Assembly (NCBI RefSeq): GCF_964355755.1
Contig: NC_092675.1
Span: 5,885,812-5,949,811 of the forward strand
Reading direction: 5' to 3'
Source: Antedon mediterranea
Lineage: Eukaryota; Animalia; Echinodermata
DNA: 64,000 bases
A program made the position numbers and the translations under genes. The notes under the pieces were generated by a model, which was not told where the DNA came from, ran no database searches, and saw only the letters and a program-made list of their open reading frames with translations. This document shows positions 25,551-37,660 of the stretch, piece after piece (the stretch's first letter is position 1; each line of letters opens with the position of its first letter).

Positions 25551-26496
25551 TATTTCTTACAAAAAACGCTGCTCGCTTATTGAAAAATATTTTTTATTTC
25601 AAATGTTTTTGAATGTGTCATTTTATTGTCACATAATAGTTATTTTACCTGAAAAAAATGTAATTTAAAGCAACAAATACTTAAATTGTCTGTCAAACAA
25701 TGGTTTTTAAGTTTCTTTTCTCTTTTTATATGTGAATAACTATTATGTTTTTGTTACAAAAGTGAATACTCAATTTCTGTCACTTTAGTTAATTTTATTG
25801 CTAAGGTCAAGTCTGGGGGTCTCTTCATCACTCTAGATATTTCAAGTGTGAAGTATCCTATTACAAACACAAACTTTAATGGACTGTTTCGATAATTATT
25901 CAATGAATATCTGACAATTACAGTTAAAAGTCAGTATTATAGTCAAATGGGACTCATAAATACCAGAAAATGCTTTGGGATTTGTAATTTTAGCATGACA
26001 TGTCCTAATAGACTCTTTTCCCAGACGTCTTTTGGGTGTAGCAGCTGGAAATCTATAAATTATAGTGGAGTTTCCATTTTCGCAAAACTGTCCTTAGAAC
26101 TATAACTGCTGCTTGCTTTAGCTTCTGAATTAGTAGTCCTAATGTAGCTGGCTAGAGCAGCAGCGTGAACAAAATAATATCAAGACTCTCCTGCAAATCT
26201 GTTTTCTAAGAAAACTTATTTGAGATTGTTGATGATCTCTTGACCTCTTCGGTTAAATAGATTGTTCAACGTGAAGTTGTTGACACTATTGACATCAATA
26301 TGTTTCAGTAGCATCATTTGAAAGAACGTTAGTATTGTTCGAATTCGTTTTGTAGTTATACCGCAGGACAATAATACATGTCGTTTACAGGAACGAATAA
26401 ATGGGTGGTGGTTTAACTGCAATAATAAAGTTGATTGTACATACATAGACAGCGACTGAAAACGCTAGCTCATTATTCGTTAAAAATACAAATGTG

Positions 26497-27330
26497 TATA
26501 GTAGCGCTAGTGCTGCCAAAATGGGTACCGGTATAGTATCGCACAGTGCTAAACTAAATCCTTTTTATTATCACTATGCGCTAGTGCTACCAAATGGGTA
26601 TAGTAGCGCACAGTGCTAAACTAAATCCTATTTATTAACACTGTGCCCTAGTGATACCAAATGGGTATAATAGCGCAAAGTGCTAAACTAAATCCTTTTT
26701 ATTATCACTATGCGCTAGTGCTACCAAAATGGGTATAATAGCGCACAGTGCTAAACTAATCATATTTATTTTCAATGTGCGCTAGTGCTACCAAATGGGT
26801 ATAGTAGTGCAAAGTGCTAAACTAAATCCTATTTATTAACACTGTGCCCTAGTGCTACCAAATGGGTATAGTAGCGCATAGTGCTAAACTAAATCCTATT
26901 TATTAACACTGTGCCCTAGTGATACCAAATGGGTATAGTAGCGCACAGTTCTAAACTAAATCCTATTTATTAACACTGTGTGCTAGTGCTACCAAATGGG
27001 TATAGTAGCGCACAGTGCTAAACTAAATCCTATTTATTAACACTGTGCGCTAGTGCTACCAAATGGGTATAGTAGCGCACAGTGCTAAACTAAATCCTAT
27101 TTATTAACACTGTGCGCTAGTGCTACCAAATGGGTATAGTAGCGCACAGTGCTAAACTAAATCCTATTTATTAACACTGTGCGCTAGTGCTACCAAATGG
27201 GTATAGTATCGCATAGTGCTAAACTAAATCCTATTTATTATCACTGTGCGTTAGTGCTACCAAAATGGGTATAGTAGCGCATAGTGCTAAACAAAATTCT
27301 ATTTATTATCACTATGCGCTATTCCTACCC
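26497..27330. repeat. 67-bp satellite with an internal hairpin (~12 copies)
   Basis: Unit tatagtagcgcacagtgctaaactaaatcctatttattaacactgtgcgctagtgctaccaaatggg; arms tagcgcacagtg / cactgtgcgcta. Confidence 0.92.
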
Positions 27331-27436
27331 AAAATGTTTAAAAAGTGCTATTAAACGATCGTTAAATAGTGCGTACTATTGCACGTCATGTGCTCCACAT
27401 TCGTCGAATCAAATGACAGGAATTTATTTAGGTGTT

Positions 27437-28150
27437 ATATAAAATGGAATACCTTTCCAATTGCCTGGATCCGGGCTTAGTAAAGAATTGCAAAAAATTT
27501 ACCATTGTATATAAATTTACCATGTTAATACCTCCCTCTCCTATTCTCCTTATAGGTTTTTCCCCTTAATTGTTTAAGTTTTTTATCCACATACAAATCT
27601 ATATATAATATCTTTTCAACCGAAAATATTCTCTAAGGTACGTATATTATACTGTATTTCAAAATCAATTTTGGATAGTCTCTTAACTATTATGATTCAA
27701 CCAAATAGAGAAAGCTGTCGTATTTTCCAGAGTTTCAGAATTCTTTCTAAATCAATTACTTTATCATCCCATTTTTTTTCCTCACATATATTTTTATCAT
27801 ATCTAACGTAAATAGAAATGAAATGTTTAAAGGCATTGTTATGTTATCTTAGTTAGTCCAAGCCCTTTAGTTTGTCCTCCTTCATTAACTTTAAGCCGGA
27901 TTAACTACAAAATGATTAAATACTTTACACTATTTTCATCCCTAGTAAAAATAACTGTATCATCTAGGCTATGGTGCAAGGCCTTCTATCGTTTCATTTC
28001 GTGATCTCCTATCGGGGAATAAAATACCAAAATCAAGATCTACAAAATTCCTTATTCATCCTTTTTCATATACATAATAATAATGGCCCACAAAATGAAA
28101 AGTTAATATTACAAATTTTTAAAATTAAAATTATACATTGCCTGTTCTAT
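27437..28150 (-). mobile_element. Degenerate Tx1/L1 LINE RT fragment
   Basis: Minus-strand peptides LDDTVIFTRDENS, WDDKVIDLERILKLWKIRQLSLFG, GEGGINM and LLSPDPGNWKGIP align with the intact element's LADDTVIF, WDKKMTNLENVLNLWKRRNLTFFG, KEGGLNM and LLSPDPGKWKCIP; stops and frameshifts present. Confidence 0.75.
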
Positions 28151-30512
28151 CAATAGTATGATAAAGAAAAGAATTATGAAAATCTAACTTTTCGATCGAT
28201 AAAAACATCGCCGAAAATAATCGTTTTTAGCTACGAACGAAGTAAACAAATTGTGCCCTCAGTCGGAAATTGTATGAACTTTCGATAAAATAATTACATA
28301 AAATTACGGTTTTTAGTAATATATTTTGTATATCAACATTGTAAAATTCAATAAACATGATATTAAATGTGTATTAAATAAAAAAAAGGGGTTTATTTAA
28401 CCTCTTTCAAAGAATTGCAGTACATTATTTTCCCGTGTAGGCCTATCGGACAGTCCTCAGAGACAACGTGACTTCTTCAGCAGTGTGTTGATTCGCGTCA
28501 ACCAATCAAATCTCTTTTCCCAGGCGTACTTTTGGTCAATCAGCATGGACCTAGTCGAGTTTAAAAACCGTAATAATGAAGCTTTCGCGCGTGAGTTTCC
28601 AAATGATTCCGTCCTCTTAATATAGCTGCCTAAAGCCCCCGGCGCGAAAAACAGGTAAGGTTTATTATTGATACAATACACTTCTCCTCACCAACACCGA
28701 GTCTCTCCTTTTTAACACACAGAGGTCTCTCCATGAATGCCGTTTATAGAGTGACATTCTCTCTTACGGTAGACAAGAGAGGTGGTAGGGCCTTTCGAGA
28801 AAACAGAGTCCTAAAGTAGGCCTAGGCATGTGGATGAATCACACAATAATGCAGCCACCTGTTATATTTCGTGCAATACACTTTATTGAAACAAACTCCC
28901 AGACAAATATTTTTGGTACTTCTTACAAAATAGAAATTCGTAAAAAAACCTAGGCCCTATTATTAAAAGTAAACATTAAGTCGATTAAACAATCATACAA
29001 TTACAAAATGGAGATAAATTCCTTACTTTTGGGTTGTATTGCTATCAACCTGCATAATTCTATATTGATTAAATCTAAGGTATAAATTAAGTTCTTAATG
29101 CATAATTTGGGTGTGATTGTAGGACTACAACATAATATAGTACCAATGGTTGTTAATCACTCTTTGGTTATGGTCCTAAATGCCTGACGTAGGCCTAGAG
29201 TAATATTTCATTATTAAATATAAAATTAGTTTATTAAGTTTTATTAAGTTGTATTTAGTTTTGCTTATAAAAAAATTTTGCTTTTTAAGTTAATCCGCTC
29301 GGCGGGTTAGTGACATTATAAAGCACACTGATATAATTCAGTCTGGAGCACACACATATTTTCAAGAATGTCAAAATCATATTAACAATGAATTAATTGT
29401 AATTACTATCTGAAATCTGAACCGGAGATTCTTTGTTTAAAAACTCAAGGTTTTTTATACAGTGCTTTGAATCAAAACGCCTGTATCAAGTGCCAAAAGT
29501 GCGCCCTCGTCGGTGATGCTGTTATTTTGAGAAACTTCAAGAAACGCTCTTCTGTAATTGCACTGAGTAAATATATCGGCCAGCTAATTCGGCGACACAG
29601 TGAGTCTACCTGAAAAACATACATTGTGAGAGGTTAATAAAATGAAGACATATAGTAAGTTGCATTTACGACAATTGCAGTTGATAACTAGAACAATAGC
29701 TTTGTGGCAGGGAGTATTCGATATATCTGACGTAATTGTACTTGTCAAAAGTTTTCAAGTAGGACTAATTTTCAAGTGAAACTCGAACCCACGGCCTTCT
29801 GTTCGAGTCCTACATTTTTTCCTGAGTTAATAATAACTTTCAATTAGGCAACATTTTACTAAATAGTAGTTGTATGTAGTTGTTCTTTGGAGATTTTAAG
29901 ATCAAATTATAAAACCCGTGTTAGATATGAAAGTAATACCTATATATTCACAGGTGGTAATAAGGTACCGTATCATAGTCATACGTGTTCAGTTACTTAA
30001 TAAAACAAAGTACAGTATCTTATCACGAACTCCTTTTTTTTTTTGCAATCATACGAAATCGTAGCAAACACTGACTTTCATAACACATGCTATAAAATCT
30101 ATATTCAATGTTTTATACATAATTATTTTTAAATTTTAGGTTGAAAAATCGAATTAAAAGTCTATTTAAAAAAGTCTATAATTGTCGGACTATAATTTGA
30201 GCCTGAAACAGGTATCAACTCAAACTTATTTGCAAAAGAACTACATTAAACTAAACTAAACTCGGAACAACACCGAATATACTTTTAAAGATAAATTGAC
30301 ATCAAAGGATCCCATTGAAATGCTACTAAGCTTTTTGAGCTTTCCTGGAGAATAAATTTCTCTGCAATAGTTAATGTTATCACTTGTTATCTTTTATAAA
30401 GATTTCCAATTAAATTAAAGTCAAATCAAATCAAAGATCAAAATAATTTACGAATATTAACTTCCATGTTGACTTCTAGAACATAGACTAATTGTAGCTT
30501 ACCTATGGTCTG

Positions 30513-31266
30513 TCAGGACAACATCATCTTTTGGAATTCCTGAAGTGTTACCAATCCGTCACCTGAAAGAGAAAAAACATCTTACTGTAGCAACAATAAT
30601 CTGCGTTGAAACTACTGTATAAGTTTGAATGTTTTAAATAGGATTGTTGTACTGAGTACGTTATGAAATGTAACGCTGATTTTCCACTAGGCGAATTTGT
30701 TCGTAGAATCGAAAGCGTCAGCTTATACGCATGCGTTTTTGAAATTTGGAAGATGAACATTAATATGCGTACCAGCTGAATTCGAAAATCAACTTAAACT
30801 AAATTTTTCTAGCTGCAGTATTTTTTTTCATATATTTACCACAGGAAGTTTTTTATTTTAATTTTATTTTTTTAAACTTTTATTTCCTTATCCAACCAAC
30901 AGCAAACAGGTAATTGTGTGGTACCATACCAACTGATTAAAGTATAGTTTTACCGTTTGTGTCGGCCTTCCGTACAGCGTTTGTCAAGCTTTCAACTACG
31001 CTATCGGTTAAAATCTCATCTAAGTTTACAACACCATCTTCGTTATGATCAAATAATGCAAACAAATCTTGGGTCATCTTGATTACGTCAATTTCTGTCT
31101 TTTCGTTGACGGTTAATGACTTGTCATCAGACGTTATAGGTAGGTTTACGTCCCGTTTCATGGGTCTTGGTGGTATTGGTCGAGCTTTGCGTGGTGCGGT
31201 TGGTCCACATGCCTCGATTGAACCAATGAGGACAGCAAACAAGATGAACAACAAACCTTGAGACAT
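30513..31266 (-). CDS. Small secreted precursor: signal peptide, Pro/Arg-rich peptide, KR site, two EF-hands (120 aa, 2 coding exons)
   Basis: Exon 31266-30954 (MSQGLLFILFAVLIGSIEA-CGPTAPRKARPIPPRPMKR-...LFDHNEDGVVNLDE...ADTN) splices in phase 1 to 30562-30513 (GDGLVTLQEFQKMMLS*), completing canonical EF loops DHNEDGVVNLDE and DTNGDGLVTLQE. A 5'UTR acceptor lies near 31288; a 3'UTR intron is likely at 30502-29610. Confidence 0.85.
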
Positions 31267-32546
31267 GTTGATGATGGTATAGCGGGATCTGAATTTAAAT
31301 TGAAAATAAATAAATCAATAACATTTCATAATATACAAGTAATGATAGTATAAAAAAAATATTTTCCAAACGCGAACACATTTTATTTTCGTACACAAAA
31401 AAGTACTATTAAACGATCGTTTAATAGTGCGTACTATTGCACACCAGGTGACTCACAATCGTCCAATCAAATGACAGGAATTTATTTAGGTGTTATATTG
31501 TTGTAGTGTGGACAATGCTCTCAATGTGGACAAAAAAGCCGATATGATGAACAACTGAAGCCCATGTGATGCACAGAATTCACGAACCCCGATCTACTTT
31601 TGTGCATGTTGATCACATGTGAACATACTTTAGGTATGAAATTTAATTTCATAGCAGGAGAATCTCCGTTTTTTCTCAGTGGGATATGTGTCGTGCTTAT
31701 CGACGCCTCTGACATGACTCATTCACGTCAAAATCATAGTTCCTCATTGTTTATTAAACTTCTCGATAGGAAGCCGGATATTACCTGAATTAATGCCATA
31801 ATTCGGCACGGCTATATACAGTAGTGTCAATTTAAAATGCTGCGCAAGGAAGCACTTCCGACATCCCTCTCATCCATCCAGGGTAATAAGAAGCTGTAAA
31901 TCACCATCAAGATCAATTCTATCCAGGGTAGTTTAATTGGAAAATGATGGATGGCACCAGGGGCTAAGCTAGCGTTCAACGTCCTTGATATTGTTATTCA
32001 TTTAAGACCTTGGACTAAACCAATATCAATTCAGTAATTGTCATATCATATAGGTCTATTTTTCCGGTAGATATTCGGGGCTAGGGAAAAAACAAGTCCT
32101 ACATTTAAAATAACATATTTCCAAGGACACCCAAGCACAAACATGATTATTATCTAATAATGTGACCACGAAGTAGTTTGTACTTTTATATATAAAAACA
32201 ATTTAATTCCCTGCATATAATTAAATTGTATTGCATTATTAACATTCATTTAATTAATATTCGTATTTTGTGTTGACCGGTTATTATATATACAATTCAA
32301 GATATGTTTGTGCTGATTATGGTCCTGTGGTATAGGTTACACATGGCATTCATGATGTATACCAACATTATTATTTTGTTAATAACTAGGGGCCAGAGGC
32401 CTAAAGTAAATAAAGTCAGGCGATAAGCCTGAATGAATGAATGAATGAATGAAAATCATTTTGAACTTGCATAGAATATCTTTTGTAATGCCATGCAGAT
32501 AAACCAATAGTTATTTATATTAATAAATATTATATGTTCAATTTTT

Positions 32547-32823
32547 TATTGTCCCCCAAAAACAGGAAAAAATCGCGGTCATTTCGCAGTTTTAATAAAG
32601 TTAATCACTTCCATAGAAAACAATTTAAAAACAATTATAAAATAAACGGTAAGATTTAACCAAAAACCAAATTACTTCCAGTCAATTGAACTATATTTTG
32701 TATTAAATTACAGTTTTTTCAGGTAAATCATTTTTTTTTCGATCCAATTTTTGGTCAAAGTGATGAGACATTAAAATGCCATATTCAACAAACAAAAATG
32801 TTTTTTAGGAAAACAATACATCT
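32547..32823 (+). mobile_element. Kolobok-like MITE copy
   Basis: tattgtcccccaaaaac...caatacatct followed by TTAA. Confidence 0.55.
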
Positions 32824-34779
32824 TTAATGAAATGGAGTTTAGAACAGAATACCATGTAGACAAAGACATTTGTTTAGTGTTTTGAAATGTTTTTACTTAA
32901 TGATTGTTTTTGTTATGGGTTGTGATCAGGGTGTTTTTTGTTTTGTTTATGAAAATGAAAAATGAAATAAAAAATTAACATTTTGAAAAGAAAAAAAACC
33001 ATTTGAACTTCAATAAGAAAAAATTTGAAAGAAAAAAAACATTTGAACTTTGAAAAATATTATAATTTAATTTATAATTAAATAAATTATAATTTACATG
33101 ATCAGACGCCCTTGTACTATATCTTATAAGTAAAGTATATTGTTTTATTAGTATCTTTGCATTGTAGACTTTCTTTGAAGATTTTTCTTTTTTCATCGTT
33201 TAGAAATTCCATACCAACTAAAGTACGTCTCAATTTCAACAAGGTTTATTCATCGACAGCAGGTGCTACAGGGAAATGTCATGTATGAGAAAGGGTATCC
33301 ATACTTCCACAGGTTATCAATCAGCTGATTTTCACATCATATTTTATGCTAAATAACAAAAGGTTAACAAGCGCCATGCAAATAACAGGCAACAGAGAAA
33401 AGTATAGAAAGTAGGCCAGCAAAGACTTTGTTCAAAAGTGGCCTCAAGTAGTCCTACACAATTTTTAACTTTAGTATTCTTTTTTAGTAGGCCTAGTCGA
33501 TAATCATTATGCATATAATGTGGAATAGCCGAAACGTGCTAAAACCCTAATTCATAATCCGCACATTCTTCCATTTGCGGTGAAATTTTACTTTAATGAT
33601 GGAAAGGTTTACGGGAAAAACGACTTATTGTGGTAAATAGAAATTACCCACGTAACATTTTAAAATGATCTGATATGTAAGCTTACGTTAATATTAGGCC
33701 AGTCACCATTGTCATGTTCAGATGTTTGTACAGTATGTCGCAATTACCATGAAAATCATACATTTTTGTTAAATCTAATTTAGGTAACAACGGAGAATAA
33801 TCCTCATGCTGTGTTCTAAGTTTAAATTCAAGATTTGAACTAATGAAATTGATCAACCTATATGCTATGGAGATTCCACACACATGCAGCACAGCATGCT
33901 ATCGTGCGGCATCAGCTGATTTCAAGGTGAGGGAATTCCTAAACTGATTTATCATTCTGCTGCGGTTCTAAAAAGCAAATACCAAATCAATATGCCTACT
34001 TGGGGCCTACTGAAAGTGATATTAATTAATGAACGTGCAACATTCAATACCATATTCAATTTAGTTGAGATCCATATATTTTATGGCCTGTCATTTTTTT
34101 CAATTGCTTTTTTTTAATTTTATTTATTTTATGGATTACTTTTGATTTATGTGAAGCGCTAGACAGTTGGAGGAAAATAGCAAAATCAGCACTGTGACCA
34201 TGTTACAAGAGTTGTCAAAACAATATAGATTATCTGATAAAAATCCTAGAAAGTAGGAAACCTTTTGCCATTTTCCCCTGGCCTACAATTATAAATTAAT
34301 GTGCAACACGTTTATTTACCCAACTTGAAATCGCAGACGTAGGCCTATACACATTTTATATTCTCGATATTTTTCTGATAATCACATAGCAATTCAATGT
34401 GCGCTCATGTTTTTATTTTATTAATTGGTTGTAGCACAGAGAACTCATATTTGTGTAGGCATATTTCCATTTTACAAAAAGCAGGTTAAAAACAATAAAG
34501 TTTTTAATATTAGGCCTACTCTGTAGAAGTTTTAAAATGAAAACTATCTGTAAACGCTTTTTTTAAAATCTGAACTTAAACTACAAACATTTGTATGCAG
34601 GCTTATTGAACTGTGAAAATTCAAATTACATTTTTTAATAATTTTTATCCTAAAATGTACTGTAATTTGTTTTGATAGCCTTACCTGTTTGTGCTTTAGT
34701 TTGGTTAGAACCCTCGTCTCTCGGTTTATCCACGCCACGCGACAGCTGATGAGCTTGAAAGGACCGATTTTCAAACTTC

Positions 34780-34885
34780 GACAAGTTTTAAAGGGGTAGA
34801 TGACGTCATGTAATTTCAGGCTCGCACACTGGCCAATTGCTCATACATATATGTCACTCCTATCACACGCCCACGCGCATGCGTT
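34780..34885 (-). promoter_or_regulatory. Candidate promoter for the EF-hand precursor gene
   Basis: Perfect CRE TGACGTCA at 34801-34808, CCAAT, CACGCCC and GCGCATGCG motifs, a TTTAAAA TATA-like box at ~34786, and a strong donor CAG|GTAAGG at ~34685 that could join the acceptor at 31288. Confidence 0.35.
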
Positions 34886-36183
34886 AACGCTCTTCCTTTT
34901 TTCATTTTCAGGGGATGTTTTGCCTCCCAACAAGCTCCCCATCAGCTGATTGGTGAAGATTTTTGTGGCCTGATCTTTCAGCTTCCTATATGTCTGACAA
35001 GCAACATACGCTGAATCAACAACTCTGACATCTATTGAACTCAGAAAGCTTTTTGTCATATTTTGTGCGATCCTACCTCCACCTGTTTTATTGACTTGCC
35101 CATGTAGAGTTGTTTGCGCAATATCCGCTGGACGTACAATCAGTCGATACAATTCTGAAAAACCAGGTCCTGAACTAATCTGTAAAAAATATGGAAAACA
35201 ATTTCACCCCCGTCAAGGACTCCTCAATTAATCATGAAAAATATAAGTCACGTATACTTGTAAATACAAAGTCCACTTTTCCGGAAATATTAAATTAACT
35301 AATTGCATATTTGTTACTTGTTTCAAAACAAATTTTGTTATAATATATTATAATATCCGGTATTAATGATATCTCGATTTATTACTCTTAACTTTTATAA
35401 ATGGTACGGTAGTACCCTGTACCGGTTTCATAGGCTTATTACTGAAATTCTTGTGATCAACTTATCATCATTATCATCTCCATCACCTTTTATAAATTCG
35501 TCACTTTCATCCAGTCGACATACGCTAAACTTTATAAAGGACAGTTTTTATTTAAAATGTGCAGATTTTAGATTGATGTTTGTTAAGTTTGTTTTAACAT
35601 AGTAACAGGTAAATATTTGGGTTTATCTTTATTTAGATTAACAAAAAAAAAGAACGATTGCGATAAATTACAATTATTTCAATAATTTTTATCTATTACA
35701 TTTGACCTTTCATCTTGTACTTTTCCTTACCTTGTTTACCAGACAGATAAATACACCACTCCCACTTACCCGCAGTGAATGTTTTTCGTACTGTCAGCAA
35801 GAGCTGACCAACCAACTTTTTAGTCAATCATAGAAAGTAGCATTAGTAAATGATGTACTACTCAGTAGGTTTGAAGGCACTTATTTAATTAGGCTGCTTC
35901 TCACACCGGAATTAAAGTTGAATACACGCCGTATAAACAAGGATGTAACTTGTTATTTTGATCCGTAGGCCTATGGGTTTTTTGTAGAAATTTTGATGAA
36001 CTAAAAATAGAAATCAACATTACACAGAAAGATGTTAGTGAATTACTCGAAACCAAACTGTATCTGAAAATTTCTAAAATTATAGACTAATAAGCAATAC
36101 TAACAACTGTTTATATAGCCTTCAATTCTTTACAATGTAAAACTGATACGCATTCGGAAAGCAAGACAAATTAAAATTTTTAA

Positions 36184-36541
36184 TCGTCAGATCACCGAAG
36201 TTAGCGAAGTTAAGCAACGTTGGGCCCGGTTGCGTTCTGGATGGGAGCATGGGTTCGAGGTTATCTGTACCATGCTAATTTCATCCTTAGGCAAGATGCT
36301 TTACTCTCATTGCCTCATCCTTCGGATGGGATGTAAAGCCGTTGGTCCCGTGTACTTAACAGTGCACGTTAAAGAACTTAGTACACTATTCGAAAAGAGT
36401 AGGGGATCGTCTCTCGGTGTGCTGATCTGGTAGGCGCGCTGCACTGCTGGCTGCCGTGGGTCCGTGGAGGGCCTAATCCGAATTTCCTCAGTTTCCAGTT
36501 AAGCTTGAGGACAAATATAAATACCTTTACTTTTACCTTTA
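36184..36541 (+). mobile_element. Composite SINE: 5S-derived head, tRNA B-box, Meta-like core, (TACCTT)n tail
   Basis: tcgtcagatcaccgaagt...taagcaacgttgggcccggtt...ctggatgggag (5S A/C-box region), gggttcgag, tccttaggcaagatgcttta, cttcggatgggatgtaaagccgttggtccc...gcacgttaaagaac, tail taccttta. Confidence 0.7.
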
Positions 36542-37526
36542 ATCTATATTTGGCTAAGTAACATCGCATTTTCCAAATTGGTGTTATAGGAAACATTACT
36601 TGTAGTCCTAGATTGCACTAGAATATATTTACACATTGAAAGTTTAACTGAAAAACTGAACTGAAAGAAATCAGTCAGAATGATATACAGCACGCAATTA
36701 AAAACTTGAATTTGAGCACTGTGAGCAAGAAATGTAATAAACACTTAAAATAAATGTATCAAATAATTTAAATAAAGGCTTACTGACAGTATAGAAAAGC
36801 AGGAAATGGTAATGTAATTGCTATTCATTCATATAAGTTTAAACTGTTGATGTGTGACGAACATTTAAAAACATGTAATTAAGAAGAACATATATATATA
36901 TACAAGGGCCTATAAAATAGGAACTATATTAAGTAGCCGGGAGTAGTCTAGCATCTCCCTTTTTATAAACCTGATAAACGCCACTGATGACCACAAGAAA
37001 AACAATATCAATTGATATGTTCTTATAACCGTATAACGGAACTACTCTAAATTATAATTGATTAGCCTATATATTAAGTAATTAATTCATGGCGATATTG
37101 AGGCTACATAGAAATTCCTTTCAATAATTTATTACTGCATGTTGGTGTCAATTAATCATATTTTTCAAGATTATTATTAGAACTTTGTTTAATATTAATA
37201 CGTTATTTTTATTACACATATTCTGTACATAAACAGGCTTATTATGAGAACAAAATATAAAAATGTATATATAATAATTATTTTGTATGATAAACCAAAT
37301 AAGTGTGAGATTAAGTATGGACTTAGTGTAAGGCATTACCCATATATTCCCCTGTTATGCAACATAGTATGGTGTCTATCACAGTCGGATATTGATATGG
37401 GATGAACCACTAATATTAACTACCCTATTATGTAAAGGCTGTCCAACGTATCCGTTGAGACTTTACGAACAGGATACCAAGGGTATGTTTCTACTTGCTG
37501 ACGTGCTTAAATGTTGGTAGGCCACT

Positions 37527-37660
37527 TTTCTAGTCGCGTGCAAATGCGACTCTACAGAATGATCACTGTGTCGGTCGGTTGGTCGGATGGTTGGTCGGTC
37601 GATCGGTCGGTAAACACTCACATTTGAGCACGCGACTGCATCCATGTACATGTGTGGTCT
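37527..37660 (-). mobile_element. Short copy of the same Helentron-like family
   Basis: Reverse: gatgcagtcgcgtgc...gtgtttaccgaccg(n)...agagtcgcatttgcacgcgactagaaaa. Confidence 0.65.

Noticed and set aside
26497-27330. Regular palindromic repeats resembling a CRISPR array
   Set aside because: Units are contiguous and near-identical with no unique spacers, there are no cas genes, and the context is eukaryotic; it is a satellite.
36184-36250. 5S rRNA gene
   Set aside because: Only a partial 5S segment fused to a SINE body; not a full ~120-nt gene.
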